From Eledone cirrhosa (Eukaryota): a stretch of DNA of 64,000 nucleotides. Under the pieces are notes generated by a model. That model saw nothing but the letters and a program-made list of their open reading frames with translations. It did not search any database and was not told the origin of the DNA. Positions 60,915-64,000 of the stretch are shown piece after piece; positions within the stretch are counted from its first letter, which is position 1; every line of letters begins with the position of its first letter. The translations under genes were made by a program, and so were the position numbers. The stretch lies in assembly GCA_964016885.1 (NCBI GenBank), contig OZ024749.1, positions 53,134,001-53,198,000 of the forward strand. Direction: 5' to 3'.

Positions 60915-62814
60915 ATAGCAGAAGTGCCCGGCGTTGCTCGGAGTTTAATTGCTTTAAAGTACTTTTAATGATTCCACTCAATTATGAATATTGAGGCATT
61001 GAAAGTAAATACGGGTAAGTTTGAAAATATACAACAATAGCATCTACTCATTATATGTCAGACCGGCAAGACTGCAGTGGTGCTGAATAGAGGAGTCACA
61101 ACACCTCTATGTAGACCACATTTTTTGTTCTGCCTTTGGGCGCAAGTATGAATAAGTTCTGCTTGCATCCCACTCTTGAGCATGCGACGTTTAATTGGCC
61201 GTGTGAGAAGCACGGCTGGGCTAAATGGAGGCCTGCCATTGATAGCGTTTGGCCTTGGGACTTGTTGATTGACATCGCGAAGCAAAGTTTAACGGGGAAT
61301 TGAAGTCGGCGCAGAGTACAGGGGCATTCCATACCTGATGGAGTTAATGGTATTCTGGGTATGAAGACGTTTTCTCCAGCGCCGCAGCCCGTGAGAATTG
61401 TGGCTTCAATTACATGCGGCAGGAGGTTTCTTACCACTAACCGTGTTCCGTTGCAGAGAGGTGGTGGTTCCAGGTTCCTCAACAGCATGACTGGAGTCCC
61501 AACTTTGACGCGCAGTTCATGAGGTGGCAGTCCAAAGATGTCCAAGGAATTGAGGAATTCTGTTGGAAAATCGTCAACCTCATCTTTGTCCACCACTTTG
61601 TCCACAGATTTGTAGGTACGGAGGTTTCCAGGAATGCATTGCAGAAGGTCCTCATTGATTTTTGCAACTGAGACATTTTTGGGAGCCACTATGGCTCTAT
61701 CGCATAGCCAACTCGTGTTTTTGTAGTGGCCCATGAACCATGTGAGCAGTGACGATGTTGTGGAGTTCTCTGTCCAATTTTGGGTCGGGTATTTCTGCTG
61801 AAATGATGCTGTCAATGCTGCTTGCGTTGATTTTCGTTATCAGCCAAATGAGAAGGTGAGCGTGTGGCAGGTCTCTCTTTTGCCACTCAACGGTGTATAC
61901 GTAGCACCTAACAGGTCCAAGGCCTTACCTGATTTTAGGAGTTCAATAAGATTTGTCAACTTCAAAGTGAAAGACTTGTGCCGTAAGATCGTGTCTGTCT
62001 GACGCCCTTTGTCCGGGGAATAATTCTGCGGTAATTTCATTCCACTTAGAGTTGCATGTTGAAGTGATGAAGAAATCAGACGAAATCGGACATTCGTTAA
62101 AAAAGTTCTCTCATTAATTTTTTGTCTCGTATTGAGAAAAACAGAGAAAGAAAAATTACAAAAAGGACAACAATAAAATATGTCTTTGATGAGATTCAAG
62201 TAAATGAACGCTTAAGCGTCGTTATTGTTACGTTTGTTGTTTTATAAATTCATCTGTTGCTTTTGAATATTTGTTATTTGATGTAAAATGTAACGTTGAG
62301 AGAGCAGTATGTATTTAGTGTTATCGACTTTTTAAATTTTGATATTTGATGTATGACAAACGAAGAGGGTGAATGATCTATTATAGAGAGAGAAGATTTG
62401 TCGTTGTTCTAAACTGTAATGGAAACGGAGGCAGTAACCTTTTAAAGAGAGTTGCAGAGGAGATTGAGGGTAGTGAGAGGAATGAAGCGTGTAAGAGAGA
62501 GGTTTATCAAAGTTTGTGTCGCGTTCCTTCAGAGACGGAGGCAGTAACCTTTTAAAGAGAGTTGCGGAGGAGATTGAGGGTAGTGAGAGGAATTAAGCGT
62601 GTAAGAGAGGGGGTTACAGCATGTATTTAGTTTTATCGATTTTTTTTTTTCATAGAAGCAGGAAATTTTTGGCAAAAGTAATTACGCGTTGTCCTGCCCT
62701 GGTAAATTTGGAGCACATTGGAAAAAAATCATCAAAATCGGTAGAGAAATGTGGAAATGCATAAAAATCATACACACACACAGACAGACATCTACCGTTT
62801 TATATATATAAAGA
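60915..62814 (-). mobile_element. Internally deleted Helitron retaining the C-terminal PIF1-family helicase segment (61096-61815)
   Basis: 5' end A|TCTTTATATATATAAAACGG at 62814; 3' hairpin CCGAGCAACGCCGGG followed by CTA near 60916. ORF has LPPHEL, MLLRNL, LCNGTRL, FIPRI, QFPVKLCFAMSINKSQGQT, FSHGQL.VACSRV, TKNVVY.EVL. Confidence 0.92.
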
Positions 62815-62852
62815 TATTCATTGCTTTAATGTCTAATATATATATATATATA

Positions 62853-62891
<39 letters not shown>

Positions 62892-63001
62892 TAGACATTA
62901 AAACAATATATAAATTCATTGTTTTAATGACATATATATCTATATATATTTATTAGACATTAAAACAATGAATATATATATATAAATTCATTGTTTTAAT
63001 G

Positions 63002-63042
<41 letters not shown>

Positions 63043-63160
63043 TATATATATATATATATATATTCATTGTTTTAATGTCTAATATATATATATATTAGAC
63101 ATTAAAACAAATAAAAAAGAAATATATATGTATACACACACATACACACACACACATATT
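62815..63160. repeat. (TA)n-rich low-complexity block with direct and inverted agacattaaaacaatgaa units
   Basis: The same unit occurs at 60800-60870 on the other side of the Helitron. Confidence 0.75.
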
Positions 63161-64000
63161 TACAAATGTAGATATCCACTTATTTTTCACTAAATAAGAT
63201 GCTAGGAAGTTCAATGTGTTGTTATGGTTATTAATCAATACATATCAAATAATTCCCAGGTAAGCTATATCCGAACAGTTCGGATCAAGCAGTCAAAACG
63301 GCCGGAGCTCAGCTGTCGGGGTCCCAAATCTTTTCATATATCATCATCATCTTCCGTTCGCTTTTCCCTGCTTTCAAGGGTGGGACGAGTCCTATTAAGC
63401 ATCTCTCCACTTGTCCCCTTTATAATATATATATATATATTATAAAAAGTCAGGGCCTGATAGCTGAAAATACTCAAAAATTTAGTCAGATTTTAGTAAT
63501 ATAACTAACATTCTTATTTACCTGGTGTTTAAAACATAACTTAAATGTTCTTACATGAAATTATAATGGAAAGTTTTTTTTTTTTTTAAAGAGAAATATA
63601 AATACTTTAAACAAATGGTTGTGTATCATAGAAACCAGGGGTGGTTTCTGGTGGTTTAGTATCAAAAGTATTAACACACACATAGACATACAAACACACA
63701 GATAGTCAGAAGAGGGGGGGGGGGAACAGCGAGTGTGTGGGTAATGAAGAATACAAACAAGGAAGAAAGAGAGAGAGAGAAGAATGTTTAATTCCTTTTG
63801 AATGGAAGTGGATTATGAGCAGAATAGAACAAGAGAATGGTTGTAAAGAACAAAAGAATGGTTGTATTCCACATTAAAAAAAAAACGATGAAAGGAAAGG
63901 ATTAGAGAATATATTGTAAAGATATGTAATGAGATTCTTTATATACTCCACCAGTAAAATAAATAATTAGAGATTTAAGGCCATTCAGAAATGGTAGACT

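Noticed and set aside
61096-61815. Host PIF1 helicase gene
   Set aside because: Intronless, lacks the N-terminal Walker A motif and is enclosed by Helitron termini.
63500-63560. Possible NHE 5' UTR exon donor (cag/gtaaat on the minus strand)
   Set aside because: It lies in sequence resembling a decayed MITE and has no independent support; the upstream exon and promoter could not be located.

Overview
Eukaryotic, AT-rich, repeat-dense animal DNA. The SINE families, RTE LINEs and microsatellite load point to a coleoid cephalopod (octopus-like); that assignment is an inference. Most of the window is one minus-strand gene for a plasma-membrane-type Na+/H+ exchanger (SLC9A/NHE). I traced it by hand as 23 phase-consistent GT-AG coding exons from ATG 55637 to stop 5036 (2679 nt, about 892 aa), ending in a 16-copy ETRNGR coding minisatellite. 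The introns and flanks hold a near-full-length, lightly decayed RTE LINE with a PHD-like finger inside its RT region, other RTE and CR1 fragments, two tRNA-derived SINE families, TTAA-targeting piggyBac-like MITEs and an internally deleted Helitron. Many tandem arrays were amplified in place from pieces of these elements, including a ~6 kb RTE-derived satellite. The least expected signal is a set of short, mostly (TA)n-embedded foldback elements carrying type I hammerhead-ribozyme-like cores. The two best are at 19481-19528 and 40329-40422; they suggest Penelope-like or retrozyme-type elements. All coordinates were read by eye, and repeat boundaries are approximate.
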